Shown: in pieces, positions 1 to 11,028 of the stretch
Layout: each line of letters begins with the position of its first letter
How positions within the stretch are numbered: position 1 is the stretch's first letter
Source of the DNA: Podarcis cretensis
Lineage: Eukaryota
NCBI GenBank assembly: GCA_951804945.1
Contig: OX638151.1
Span: 61,132,001-61,196,000, forward strand
Direction of reading: 5' to 3'
Length of the DNA stretch: 64,000 nt
Translations under genes and position numbers: made by a program
Notes under the pieces: generated by a model
What the model was told of the DNA's origin: nothing
Databases searched by the model: none
What the model saw: the letters and a program-made list of their open reading frames with translations, nothing else

Positions 1-119
1 GAAAGGATCAAGCTCAAACAACAGTGTATATGTAGAGATCTGAGATGGGGGAGAGGGGATGTGGATAGGGGGAGTGGGGAGGGAGGGAGGGAGAGAGAAT
101 ACCAATGACCATCCCCAAA

Positions 120-490
120 ATGACTACTACCTGCAGTGTTCTTGTACAACATATTGGCACTACTACAGGTGCCGTGTAATACCCGATCTGCATTTGTAAG
201 AACTCAGTCATTTAGTGTGGCAGCACCTGCTCTGTGGAACTCCCTGCCTATTGAGCTCAAGCAGGCCCCTCCACTGTATACTTTCCAGTGTCTGCTAAAA
301 ACATTCTTGTTTAGTCAAGCCTACACAGATGCTTAGAAAGTTGAGGCAATTTTAATCTGTTTTATTATTTTAACTTTGGTATGTTTTAAAGGAAGGGTGC
401 AAATTTTTCTTGATTTTCTTGCTTTATCTTTTTGTAAACTGCTTTGATGTTTATTACAAAGTGCTGTATAAATGTTATGAAATAAATACT
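120..490 (+). mobile_element. L2-type LINE 3' fragment
   Basis: Translation RTQSFSVAAPALWNSLPIELKQAP...FQCLLKTFLF is typical of the L2 ORF2 C-terminus; AT-rich tail ending aaataaata. Boundaries approximate. Confidence 0.7.
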
Positions 491-544
491 TTTAAACTCT
501 TTCCAGTATGGGTTCTCCACATTTTATTTGCCCCATATTTCATT

Positions 545-950
545 CATAGAATCATAGAGTTGGAAGGGACCCCGGGAATCATTTAGTTCCGCCCCCTGCA
601 ATGCAACTAAAGAATCCATGACAGATGGCCCTCCAACTTCTGATTTAAAACCTCCAAGGAAGGACAGCCCACCACCTCTTATGGGAGTCCATTCCACTGC
701 CGAACAGCTCTTACTGTAAGAAAATTCTTTCCGGGGTTTAGACGGAATATCCTTTCCTCTAACTTGCATTCCTTGGTTCTGGTCCTACCCTTCAAAGCAG
801 GAGAAAACAAATTTGCTCCATCCTCCAAGTGACAACCCTTTAGATATTTGAAGATGGCTACCTTATCTCCTTTCAATCTCTCCTTTACCAGGCTGAACAT
901 CTAGAACTCCTTCAACCACTCATCATAAGGCTTGGTTTCCAGACTCTTGA
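545..950 (-). mobile_element. CR1 LINE 3' fragment
   Basis: ORF 679-900 (MFSL..RLKGD..AIFKYLKGCH...NFLTVRAVRQWNGLP) is the CR1 ORF2 C-terminus; ATTCTATG-type tail at ~545. Confidence 0.9.
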
Positions 951-1397
951 TAAAGAAAAAAATCTTGCACATACATTAAGGAGCAAGTCTGTGCCCTTGG
1001 TCCTACCCCAAGCATTGGACACACTAGTTGGCCCCACTCTAAATGCTGGCATGGACATCAGGGCAACGCAGCATGTACAATGTCAGGAGCAGGCCCAAGA
1101 CCATTGTGCCAGTCTTTAGTAATCACGTGATTTTCCTTTCCCATAAACAGTATGTGGAGGGTGGCCTTTTAGTTATGTTTCAATATATGAAATCGCTGCT
1201 GTGTAACAAATTCAAGGCAGCGTTGTACTAGGATTGTGTGACCATGCTAGAAAAACTGGCGCCTATGAATCAAGGGGCAATTTTGTAACATTTAGAAATA
1301 CATTGAATTTCCTTATGCTTATACCCAAGTTAGAATGTTTGGGGGAAATAATCACCATTTTTAATACTATTCTAATATTTTGCTTCAGTTTCTAGTA

Positions 1398-2125
1398 CCG
1401 TATTTTTTGCCCTATAGGACGCACTTTTTCCCCTTCAAAAATGAAGGGGAAATGTGTGTGCGTCCTATGGGGCGAATGCAGGCTTTTGCTGAAGCCTGGA
1501 GAGCGAGAGGCGTCGGTGCGAACCGACCCCTCCCCCTCTCCAGGCTTCAGGAAGCTATCCGCAAGCCTTGCGAGCCCGGGGGGAGTTCCCGCGGGCTCGC
1601 AAGGCTTGCGGGCGGCAGCCTGCAGCTCAAAGCATGGGGCGCCCTCCGGAGGATGCCCCGTGCTTCGCGCAGGTGTCCGCAAGCCTTGCGCGCCCGGGGG
1701 GAGTTCCCCCTGGGATCGCAAGGCTTGCGGGCAACAGCCTGTTCTGGGGGCTGGGGACGGGGGAAGCTCGGGCTTCCCCTGCCCCCAGCTCCCAGCAACG
1801 CAAGCAAGCTCCGGGAGCGATGGCAAGGTTGCAAAACCTCGCCATCGCTCCCGGACCTGTTCTGGGGGCTGGGGATGGGGGAAGCTCGGGCTTCCCCTGC
1901 CCCCAGCCCCGCAAGCTCCGTAGCGATGGTGAGGTTGCGCAACCTCGCCTTCACTCCTGGACCCCCAGCCCCGAGGATAAAAACAAAGTCAGGACAGCGA
2001 GCTTCTTTGCTCTTTGGGGCTGGGGGGGGGGAATAAATTTTTTTCTTTATTTCCCCCCCCAAAAAAAAAAAAAAAAAATAAGTGCGTCCTATGGGCCGGT
2101 GCGTCCTATAGGGCAAAAAATACAG
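1398..2125. mobile_element. Non-autonomous TcMar (Tc2-like) MITE, GC-rich, inserted in a splice donor
   Basis: 27-bp TIRs C(C/T)GTATTTTTTGCCCTATAGGACGCAC; TA TSD at 1396-97 and 2126-27; internal hairpin modules. Confidence 0.9.
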
Positions 2126-2128
2126 TAC

Positions 2129-2314
2129 CTTTAATGAATCTTCCTGAGTAGAAAAATCTTCATAGACACCAGAATGAAGTTCTGGAGCATTCAGCAAGAG
2201 CTCAGCATCAGCTATAGCCAGCAAAATCTTGTTAATTTCAACCAGGTATTCTGCAGGGAATGGAGATGCCCTCGTTGTTGATGAGAGGGGACCTTGAATC
2301 TTCTGCAAGACTGC
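2129..2314 (-). CDS. UTRN: UTRN exon (DMD ex42 equivalent)
   Basis: 186 nt, tag|...|gtactg; AVLQKIQGPLSSTTRASPFPAEYLVEINKILLAIADAELLLNAPELHSGVYEDFSTQEDSLK. Confidence 0.95.
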
Positions 2315-2392
2315 CTAAAGAAAAATAAACTTAAGCTTAGCTCTTTTAAAATAACTTCAGTATAAGATAAAAACAAATTTCATTTATTTGTA

Positions 2393-2612
2393 CAGTGGAC
2401 CCTTCAGATATAAACTTAATTCGTTCCGGGGGTCCATACGTACCCCGAAAAGTCCGCATCTAGAGGCGCCGCTTCTGCGCATACACAAAGCACACAGAGC
2501 GCTTCTGCGCACGTGCATGTGGCAAAACCCAGAAGTATACACTTCAGGGTTTGCCGCATTAGCAACCCGAAAGTTACATTACCCAAAGGTAACACAACCC
2601 GAAGGTCCACTG
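2393..2612. mobile_element. Tigger/pogo-like MITE
   Basis: TIR CAGTGGACC.../...GGTCCACTG with TA TSD; internal inverted repeats. Confidence 0.8.
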
Positions 2613-3171
2613 TATTTGCTTTATGTCCTATCTTTCAGGTTCAATGCAGATTAAAGCCTTTTTTTAAAGTACTGAACTGAAAAATAAGGTATTAAAATAT
2701 ACCAGATAAAATCAAGTTTTTAAAATTGAAATCCTATCCCCAAAACTAAAAATCCCTGCCATGTGACTCATTGTTATAATCAGAAGGAAGTATATCTACT
2801 TTGTCCAGAGCAGGTACACCAATAACTTACTTTCTTTAAAATGAAACACCCTATATACCAATACAAATATACTCCAGTCAAGCAAGCATCACCTCTTCTC
2901 AATTTATCAGCTCCAGTTATGGGGAAAGAGTGGAGATAGCCCACCCTAAATTAACAAAGTCTTTTCCCAGGTTCTCGAAATGTGGACATTCATTTTTATA
3001 ATTCTCAGTTGGCGTGGAGGCTAAGGCATGCCCATGATGACTTCTGACATTTTATGTCTATAGACACAGTAAGCTAAGTAAAAAGAGAACACTAAAAAGC
3101 ATGTTTTCCTACAGATAGCAAGAGCTTCCTCAAAATAGGAAAGGAGCTATACAACAAGGTTAAAACATATA

Positions 3172-3428
3172 CCGTATTTTTCGCTCTATAAGACTCACCA
3201 GACCGTAAGACGCACCTAGTTTTTGGAGGAGGAAAACAAAAAAAAATATTCTGAATCTCAGAAACCAGAACAACAAGAGGGATCGCTGCACAGCAAAAGC
3301 AGCAATCCCTCTTGCTGTTCTGGCTTCTGGGATAGCTGTGCAGCCTGCATTCACTCCGTAAGACACACACACATTTCCCCTTACTTTTTAGGAGGGAAAA
3401 AGTGAGTCTTATAGAGCAAAAAATACGG
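3172..3428. mobile_element. TcMar (Tc2-like) MITE
   Basis: TIR CCGTATTTTT(C/T)GCTCTATAAGACTCAC at both ends; TA TSD. Confidence 0.88.
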
Positions 3429-6400
3429 TAACTTTATTCCATACAGAGCATATCATTGTTTGGGGAGCTTCTTTCTCCTTCTTTAAAGCAGAAAGCATCA
3501 GGAGGAATGTGGGAAATAAAAGTACTTTGAAGTGCTGTGCCTGAGCCCCATCAACTTCTGGAAAACCATGAGTTCCCCAACTCTAGTCTAAAAGAATCAA
3601 TTAGACAAATTCATAGAGATTAGAGTTCATAGAGTTCTGAATAGCATAATAGTTGAACTTAAGCACCATAAGCTGATGTTGATAAACAACAGTAAATGGT
3701 CACCTTCATGCCTTGCTTCCAGAGGCATCTGGTTCATTGCTGCTGGAAACATAACACAGGACGAGACAGACCTTGGTCAGATCCCCAAAAGCAGTTCATT
3801 CAAAAGGGAACAGCAATTATCTGCTACTGTTCATCAAAGTTGTATTCTGTCCTTCCTCCAAGGAGCTCAGTTTGGTGTATGAATGATTACCAAGCCAACC
3901 TTATAACAGATGCAATGAGCTAGATAATACAGTATCCCCAACTGGCTAATCACTAAAAGATGAAGCCAATCAAAACCAGGCACAAAAATATGGTTTATTC
4001 CTTTTCTGAATCACCATATACAGAATTGCATCTTCATCAGAGTCCAGTGCAGAGTGAAGGTCAATTGCTGTTTTGTCACCTACAGTATGCCAAAAATTAA
4101 TGAAAACCTCAAACCTCAGCAGCCTTATGTTCAAGGTTCAATTCAGAGAAGACAGCAACTATGATTTTCCAGATCCTACACAAACAAAGGGCATTTGAGC
4201 TAGAAAAATAGACTGGGGCAATTCATATAAAATATTTTTAAAATATAAACCGCAAACCAATGGTTAATACTTGGTGCAGCTCTACACACGCAAATCCATC
4301 TTTTTGATTTCTCTTCATTTACTTGAGCACTACCTGTACAAAGGAGAATGGGGGTGACAATCAGGCTCCCACCCTGTCTGATATTTGCATGCTGACATCA
4401 ATTCTTAACAGGAGGTTTCCTATGTGAAGTCCAGTATGCAGAAGGGAGGTGATTTGCTGCTACAAAGCAACGACTGGTACTTTTCCTAAATACATTTTCT
4501 GTGGGGTAAAACTGATCCAAACCTGTTGCAGGCCACCTTCACTCATATTAATTCACCAATTTCAGCCCTTTTTGTAAGAAAATAATTGTGACCCATTCTC
4601 CTCACACTATCATCCCAACCTAAATTCCCTGACTTTAAAGCTGCTGTTAGCTCCATGGGAAGAAATGGAAGTAGCTGCTGACAAAACAGGGCACTAAATT
4701 GGGAGGACTTTAGGCATCATTATTCTATGCTGCATAAGCTTGAATTTGAGTCTTTCACATTCTATGTTCTCCTCAATAATTGGCTCTGGGCTTTAAAGTT
4801 ATAGGAGAGTCATAAAGAGATTGATTCATTTAATTATAAAGTCCCATAACCAGAAATGCAAAAGTATTTGACAGATTGCCTAATGCACAGGCTTGTCCAA
4901 AAAATTACTTACTGCTTCAGACAACTCCTCACTATTATATAAAATATAACAACAATTCTTATGACAGACTAAATATTTGAGAAAAGTGGACGCATTAGAA
5001 ATGGAAAATGAAAAGCTTTGTATGTATGAATAATTGAAACAGACAAGCTTTCTGAAGTCAGTATCACAGTACTGCACTCAATAAAATTCTCACAAATATT
5101 TGACTAAACAGCAGATTTTAATACATCCAATTTAAACACATCCAAAATAAAATCATAAGGAGTCAAATCAAAATCGGATCAGGGGATCACTTGACCCAGG
5201 GCTTACCAAGGCTCAAGAAACTGCCCAGAAGCATAGCAGGATATGACCCTTCTCCTTTGGTCATGCTCACCTGTGAGCAAAATCTGAACACAAGGAAAAG
5301 TTGAAAGGCCCAGGAAAAGCCTTAAGAAGAGATGGCTAATGAACAGAGATAAAAATAATCACAGATTCCCCTTCATAGATATCACAGTTGTCCTGAGGCC
5401 AGAGAATTGAAGAGTAGCACATTCCAGCTTTTGCCAACAGCCAGGAAACCTAGGGTCACTACCTCCCGAAAGAAACATTGAGGCAACAGGGAGACCAACT
5501 GGCCCTTACCATCAGCCAAATAAGAAGCAGATACAAAGAGCTCACTTCTCCCCATCCTGCCTGAAAAAATACTCAGCTTTAGCTGTGTTTAGCCCCTGGG
5601 ACTGCTAAAGTAAGAAGAAAGAACACAGGCCTCATCCATTGGCCAAAGGGACCAAAGTCACCAATTGCTATTCAAGCAGATGAAGAACAACCTTGCCTGA
5701 ACTGGATATAAAGGCCCTCTCACAGCTCACCACTTTGTTCTGGTTTTGAATAATCTCCCTCCTTCACCTTTTCCTTTTTCTCCTGCCTTTTTACCATAGT
5801 TTATAAACCAAATGACAGGGTCTTTCTCTCATTCTCTCTCTTTCGTCTGTCCGTCCCCCCCCCCCTTTGATTAATATGAGACACATTAGCAGACAATTAT
5901 CTGAAAAACAAGACTGAAAATATAGTAAATAGATAAAGAAAATCCACTTCTTTCAAGATTTCACATGCTATTGATAAATAATTTATATGAAATGAAGCAA
6001 CCTGAATGTAAGTAAATATGCTTTCGAATCTGATCTTTCGCTACCCTGTATGGATCTAGCCTCAAAACTCAGTCATAACATTGCTGGATCCACTCACAAC
6101 TGAATGTGTTAATGGCCAATGTAACATTTCAAAAAGAGATGGCAAGTTCTTGTAGCCCAATTATAGGAATGTGTCCTCTTCCTTAGTGAGGTCTAAAACA
6201 TTAAACTCCAGCTAGATGGACAGATCCTCTATCAGCGTCCTTTACCACAGGGTAAATTTTCTGCAGTGGTCCATTTTAGAATTTATTGACAATTTTATTT
6301 TGTCAATAATATGATGACATTATTGACAAAAAAACTAAAAAAAAAAACCCATCCTCTAGCAACAGTTACAGTACTAGTAGTGAAAGTATATTGGCTAGGT

Positions 6401-6463
6401 GGTCTGTTAGTGTAACTTAAGGGGAAAGTTTTTTTAAAAAAATTCACAATAAATAAGATTTAC

Positions 6464-6616
6464 CTGCAACCTCCCCTCATCTTCTGCTTCCTCTGTTCCA
6501 GAAAGGCTTCCATCTGTCTCACTGAGCCAGTGCAAATGACTGTCTTGTTCTGTCTTATATTGAGAGAATGAAGGGGACAGCTCCACCACCTGTCTCCTTT
6601 GTAACGACCTAAGTTT
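6464..6616 (-). CDS. UTRN: Extra UTRN exon homologous to DMD exon 40 (not in canonical human utrophin); probable cassette exon
   Basis: 153 nt, phase 0/0, ttcattctttgcttatag|...CAG|gtaaat, no stops; KLRSLQRRQVVELSPSFSQYKTEQDSHLHWLSETDGSLSGTEEAEDEGRLQ. Confidence 0.8.
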
Positions 6617-7723
6617 CTATAAGCAAAGAATGAAGGGAATATAAAGCAAACAGTTGACAGAAGCAGCAGGAAAGCAGTTGTGTATGTTCAATCACAGATG
6701 TTTAGAATCTACAAAAGAAGTGCAAGGTGAAATGGCAAAAGTATTTGTTGACAATTACGACCCAAAACAACATCTGCCAGGGAGCTGGGTTGATATTGCA
6801 TGCTGCCACAATCACCAATTTCTGTCTTAACACAGATTGCCTTATTTGAAAAATAATTCTACCAAGGATCAAATTTGCCTATTTCCCAGGCACCAAATTT
6901 AAATGGTTCCCCAATCCTTGGCTGGAGGTGGGGTTCCTTGAAGGCATCTGAGGCTAAACAGGATCTTGCCAGGTTGAAGAAGAGGCTTCTCAAATGCTGA
7001 ATGGTACATCAGTAATCCAGAAATTTTAAAAAATGCAACCCCTCTTCTGCCCCACCCCCATTTCCCTTACCACCATGTTGGTGTAAATTAAGTTGTGGCT
7101 GGGGGCGGGGGCTAATACCTACTCAGTTTCTTTGAGCTTAATATGGAACTCTCTGGTTCCATTGGGGAAGACAACAGGGAATTAGAAACAGGGCTCTGCC
7201 TTTCATCAGTCGCAGACAAGAATAAAAGAGCTGAACAATTTTACCCAATATTAACATTTTTAAAAAAATATGGAGGCAATTGCAGATCTAATTGGCCCCG
7301 ATCCCTCATGCAGTTTCAATGGCACATGCACTTATAAGCATATTTTCTTTCTTCTATTGAAAGTGGGTGAAGAGCTGACTCAGAAGATCAAATTCATACA
7401 GAAGAATAATTGTGTGCAGAGAGTACTGGGTTTTGGGCAGAACTAAAACATTTAATGACTAATTCATCCATTTAACCATCCTGGTTTCAGGGTGACAAGA
7501 GAAAAGATTCCAATATATCAGAAGTGGGAAGCCATGTGCACCTGGCTTGAAAAGACATCTATGTCAATGAAATGAAAAATCAGAAGTTGGACATGGGTGT
7601 GTGCATGAGAGTTACAGAGTTTTCTGATGCAGGCAGGCACATGTTGCTTGGGAGAGAGGAAACTATACTGCAGATGTCTGTCCTATTGGATGGGTGGGTG
7701 GGGGGAGAACACAATAGCTTTAC

Positions 7724-7861
7724 CTTAGCGCTGCTTTGCCTGGTCTGCAGAAGCAGAAGCTGCAAACGAATTCTCTCATGCCTGCTCTCTTCCATTGGCT
7801 GTTGCAGTAGCTTTTCACCTTTTTGTAGAACATCCTCAATTTGAGCCCTCTCTTCATCCAA
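7724..7861 (-). CDS. UTRN: UTRN exon (DMD ex39 equivalent)
   Basis: 138 nt, tag|...|gtaaag; [46 protein letters not shown]. Confidence 0.95.
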
Positions 7862-8200
7862 CTAAAATGATAACGGCACAAGAACGCTAAACAGTTAATG
7901 ATACTTTAAGGGAAAATATTCCCCCTCCTCCCAAAATGGATATAACAGGCAGTATTCAACCAAAATAAAAATAAAAATGCATGAACAGAACAACTTCCAT
8001 TTGCGTAATGGGACTCTTCCTTCTCCCAACCACATCCACCCTACACCTTCCCAAAATCTGCTCTAGAATGTTGGGGAAATCCCCAAAAAAGGTTTAGGGG
8101 GGCACAGGGGGAGGAAAGGATGGAAAGTCCCTTTCTGCAGCAGAATTCATTCCGCTCACATAAGTGCTACACCAAACACAACCCAGTATCTGTGAAGAAA

Positions 8201-8242
8201 AACATGCATAAAAATGTACAGAACATGCATAAAAATGTACAG
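8201..8242. repeat. Perfect 21-bp tandem duplication
   Basis: (AACATGCATAAAAATGTACAG)x2. Confidence 0.9.
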
Positions 8243-8309
8243 AAGAATAGCTGAAAATATGTTTAATAAAGGCAAGTGAAATAATCTGTTTCATTCTAAT
8301 CTCACACAC

Positions 8310-8465
8310 CTTTTCATCATCTTCATGTGATTCCATATGTTTCTCTACAACCTTCAGCATATCCTGTAACTCACTTTCAAATTTATCAATGTCTGCAGAA
8401 TCCACTGCAATTCCATGGGTCCCTTGCTTGACAAACACTTTATGAGCCTCCTGACTGAAAAGCAT
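8310..8465 (-). CDS. UTRN: UTRN exon (DMD ex38 equivalent)
   Basis: 156 nt, cag|...|gtgtgt; MLFSQEAHKVF...DIDKFESELQDMLKVVEKHMESHEDDEK. Confidence 0.9.
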
Positions 8466-9420
8466 CTGATGGCAAATGGGAAGACAAAAAACACACATTG
8501 ATTAATGCCTAAATAACTGCATCAGTAAAGTTGCAAATGAACATCACGTTCAGAATCAGATTTTGCAGTGTAGGGGAACTTCGGCTACAGATTATCCTGT
8601 TTCACTGGCTCAGTTGAAAAACGAAAAATACTAAACTGCACCTAAGAACGCAGAATAAGGCTGAGAGTGATAAGCTGATCCCCATTCCCAGAGACCCAGG
8701 CTAAGGAAATGCCTAGTCATGAGTAATTGGAATACTCAAGGCCTAGCTTATATGCTTCTGGAGAGTTGGAGGCATATGAAAAGCCAATGGGTGATATCCA
8801 GTTGTAACAGCCTGTTCAAGGAACAGCCATTCTGCAAGTGGGAGCCTCATTCTTAGTGCACTGCAACAGTTGTATCCTGTAAAAGATGTTGCACAACCAC
8901 TATTATTATGATACTTGGTGACAGTTAAGCTTGTGTGATACCACTTGTTCAAGAACAAGTTCTCAGTCATCTTGTGCTAATGTTATGTTGGATCTCAAGC
9001 TTAGTGTTATGTACCCTTTCCACTAGGACTGGTAGTATTTTGTAAATTAAATGCGTGTGGGCTTTTTAAAAAAAGAACACCCAAGAAATATCACTTAAAC
9101 AATATATCTTGTCAAAGGCAAGCAGATATTTGTTTGTCAATGTACAGTAATGTACTATCTTTCTCTAAGTTATCATCAAAACCTTTCTCCCCAGCCCAAA
9201 AAAATTAATCATAACCAACCAGCTCATCAATAAAATACTAAGAAGCAGCTTCCCTACCACATACACTTCTTATCAAAATAGGAGTTTGCACCTAGCTGAG
9301 CTCTAAAAATAACTAAGTAGCATTCATTCCACCAAAGCATTAAGAACCGATCAAGGATCTTAAGGGGAATGTAAGTGTGCAAAATCCAGTCAATATGGAC
9401 ACATTACCCAAGGGCTGTTA

Positions 9421-9675
9421 GGGATTATGTCTACTGACCAGGAAATGTGCATAATTCCATCTTCATGGAAGGATTATGTGCACAGTCTCCATGAGGCCTG
9501 GTGAATGTCCACAATGACCTGTTGTTTGCACATCAGCTGCTTCTTTCTCTGAAATATGCACATTCTTTGTGGCCTTTTGGGGCTTATGTATACTGACCAG
9601 GAAATGTGCACAATTTCCTTTTCATGGAAGGGTTGTGTGCACATTCTCCACGAGACCCAGTGAATGTACACACTG
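9421..9675. repeat. Diverged tandem duplication, ~159-bp period
   Basis: TACTGACCAGGAAATGTGCA..TTCATGGAAGG..TGTGCACA..CTCCA..GTGAATGT occurs twice. Confidence 0.8.
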
Positions 9676-9805
9676 GCCAGTTGATATGCACATTAACTGC
9701 TCAACTTACATTCCCCTTAACATATGGACTTCAAAATGGGAAGAAATCAATGCTTTGGGATCATGAAGCAACATCCTTGTTTTGCACAACATCTTCCATC
9801 CTCAC

Positions 9806-9976
9806 CTTAGCACTTCTGATGTGCTGCGATACCTTCTCAAAGTTCCTGTTCAGTTCAGCCAGCTTGGGCTCTACCAGCTCACGGCATGACACACCACGGC
9901 CATTCATCAGGATAATAGCTTGGTCACGCACATTATCTACTCTGAGACTAACATCATCCAATTCTGATGTTAGACG
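9806..9976 (-). CDS. UTRN: UTRN exon (DMD ex37 equivalent)
   Basis: 171 nt, cag|...|gtgagg; [25 protein letters not shown]...[12 protein letters not shown]. Confidence 0.96.
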
Positions 9977-10147
9977 CTGAGAAGAGGGGAAAAACAGCAC
10001 AAGCTTAGTGTTCAGTACACAGCAGGATAAAACAGGGTGGGAGTGTAGCAAGAGAGTTATCAACCAAGAGATTTGGCGGAGTTTAATTTGGAACCAAAAT
10101 ATACTATTACTGTATAAGCCATGTCAGTAAGAGATTAGGTTTGCCAC

Positions 10148-10276
10148 CTTCACTGTCTCTTCTTTCTTGCTGGCTGGCTTTTTCTCAATCTCATCCAACA
10201 GGGCTTCAGCTTGGTACAGCCAAGTGCTTATGTGGGCGACATTCTCATCAAAAATTTCCAGTTGACTTTGGTGATT
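10148..10276 (-). CDS. UTRN: UTRN exon (DMD ex36 equivalent)
   Basis: 129 nt, cag|...|gtggca; [43 protein letters not shown]. Confidence 0.95.
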
Positions 10277-10659
10277 CTGGACAGCAAAGACAAGGATAAA
10301 TCAATGAAAGAAATACCTAGAGAATAATCAATAAAATGAAAAAAAAATGCTGCATATTAACAGGAAACACTTTGCAATAGATAGTCATCACTACGTTTAT
10401 TTAGATTTCTGGTCTACTCCATGCCAAGACCTCTGGACAGTTTACAATAAATTTGCATACTCAATTCAAAAAGAAAACTGGACTAAAATTTAGAAGGTAT
10501 TAAATCCACGTCCTATCCCCTTTTGCACTATTTTCTATCTCCTGCATCCATATTTTTGCTACAGGATAAAGCCTGCCCAGGCCCATTTCACCTCTCCCTA
10601 AGAACATACTTCCCGAAAGAGCATAGAAAATATGCAGCATTCATATCCCCACATCATAA

Positions 10660-11028
10660 AGGTAAAGGTAAAGGTACCCCTGCCCGTACGGGCCAGTCGT
10701 GTCCGACTCTAGGGTTGCGCACCCATCTCACTTAAGAGGCCGGGGGCCAGCGATGTCCAGAGACACTTCCAGGTCACGTGGCCAGCGTGACGAAGCTGCT
10801 CTGGTGAGCCAGCACCAGCGCAGCACACGGAAATGCCGTTTACCTTCCCGCTAGAAAGCGGTACCTATTTATCTACTTGCACTTAGGGGTGCTTTCGAAC
10901 TGCTAGATGGGCAGGAGCTGGGACCGAAAGACGGGAGCTCACCCCGCCGCGGGGATTCGAATCGCCGACCATGCGATCAGCAAGCCCTAGCCGCTGAGGT
11001 TTTACCCACAGTACCACCCGCGTCCCAG
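10660..11028 (-). mobile_element. Sauria SINE
   Basis: tRNA-like head GGGACGCGGGTGG, (ACCTTT)n tail, 16-bp TSD TATCCCCACATCATAA (10644-59 / 11029-44). Confidence 0.92.

Noticed and set aside
1380-2308. Several long overlapping ORFs (144-253 aa) suggesting a novel gene or transposase
   Set aside because: They arise from the stop-poor, GC-rich palindromic MITE interior; only 2129-2314 is coding; no DDE/D transposase motif is visible.
4130-4335. Possible remnant of a DMD exon-41 equivalent (acceptor at 4333; SKRW in one frame)
   Set aside because: Stop in phase 0 after four codons, no in-frame donor at the expected length, and similarity too weak to support by eye.
6020-6095. VDPAML*LS resembling DMD exon 41 VEPTQIQLS
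   Set aside because: Too short, contains a stop and has no supporting splice sites; a sensitive tBLASTn/HMM search would be needed.
9421-9675. CRISPR-like or RNA-gene array
   Set aside because: Only two diverged copies in a eukaryotic intron; an ordinary tandem duplication.
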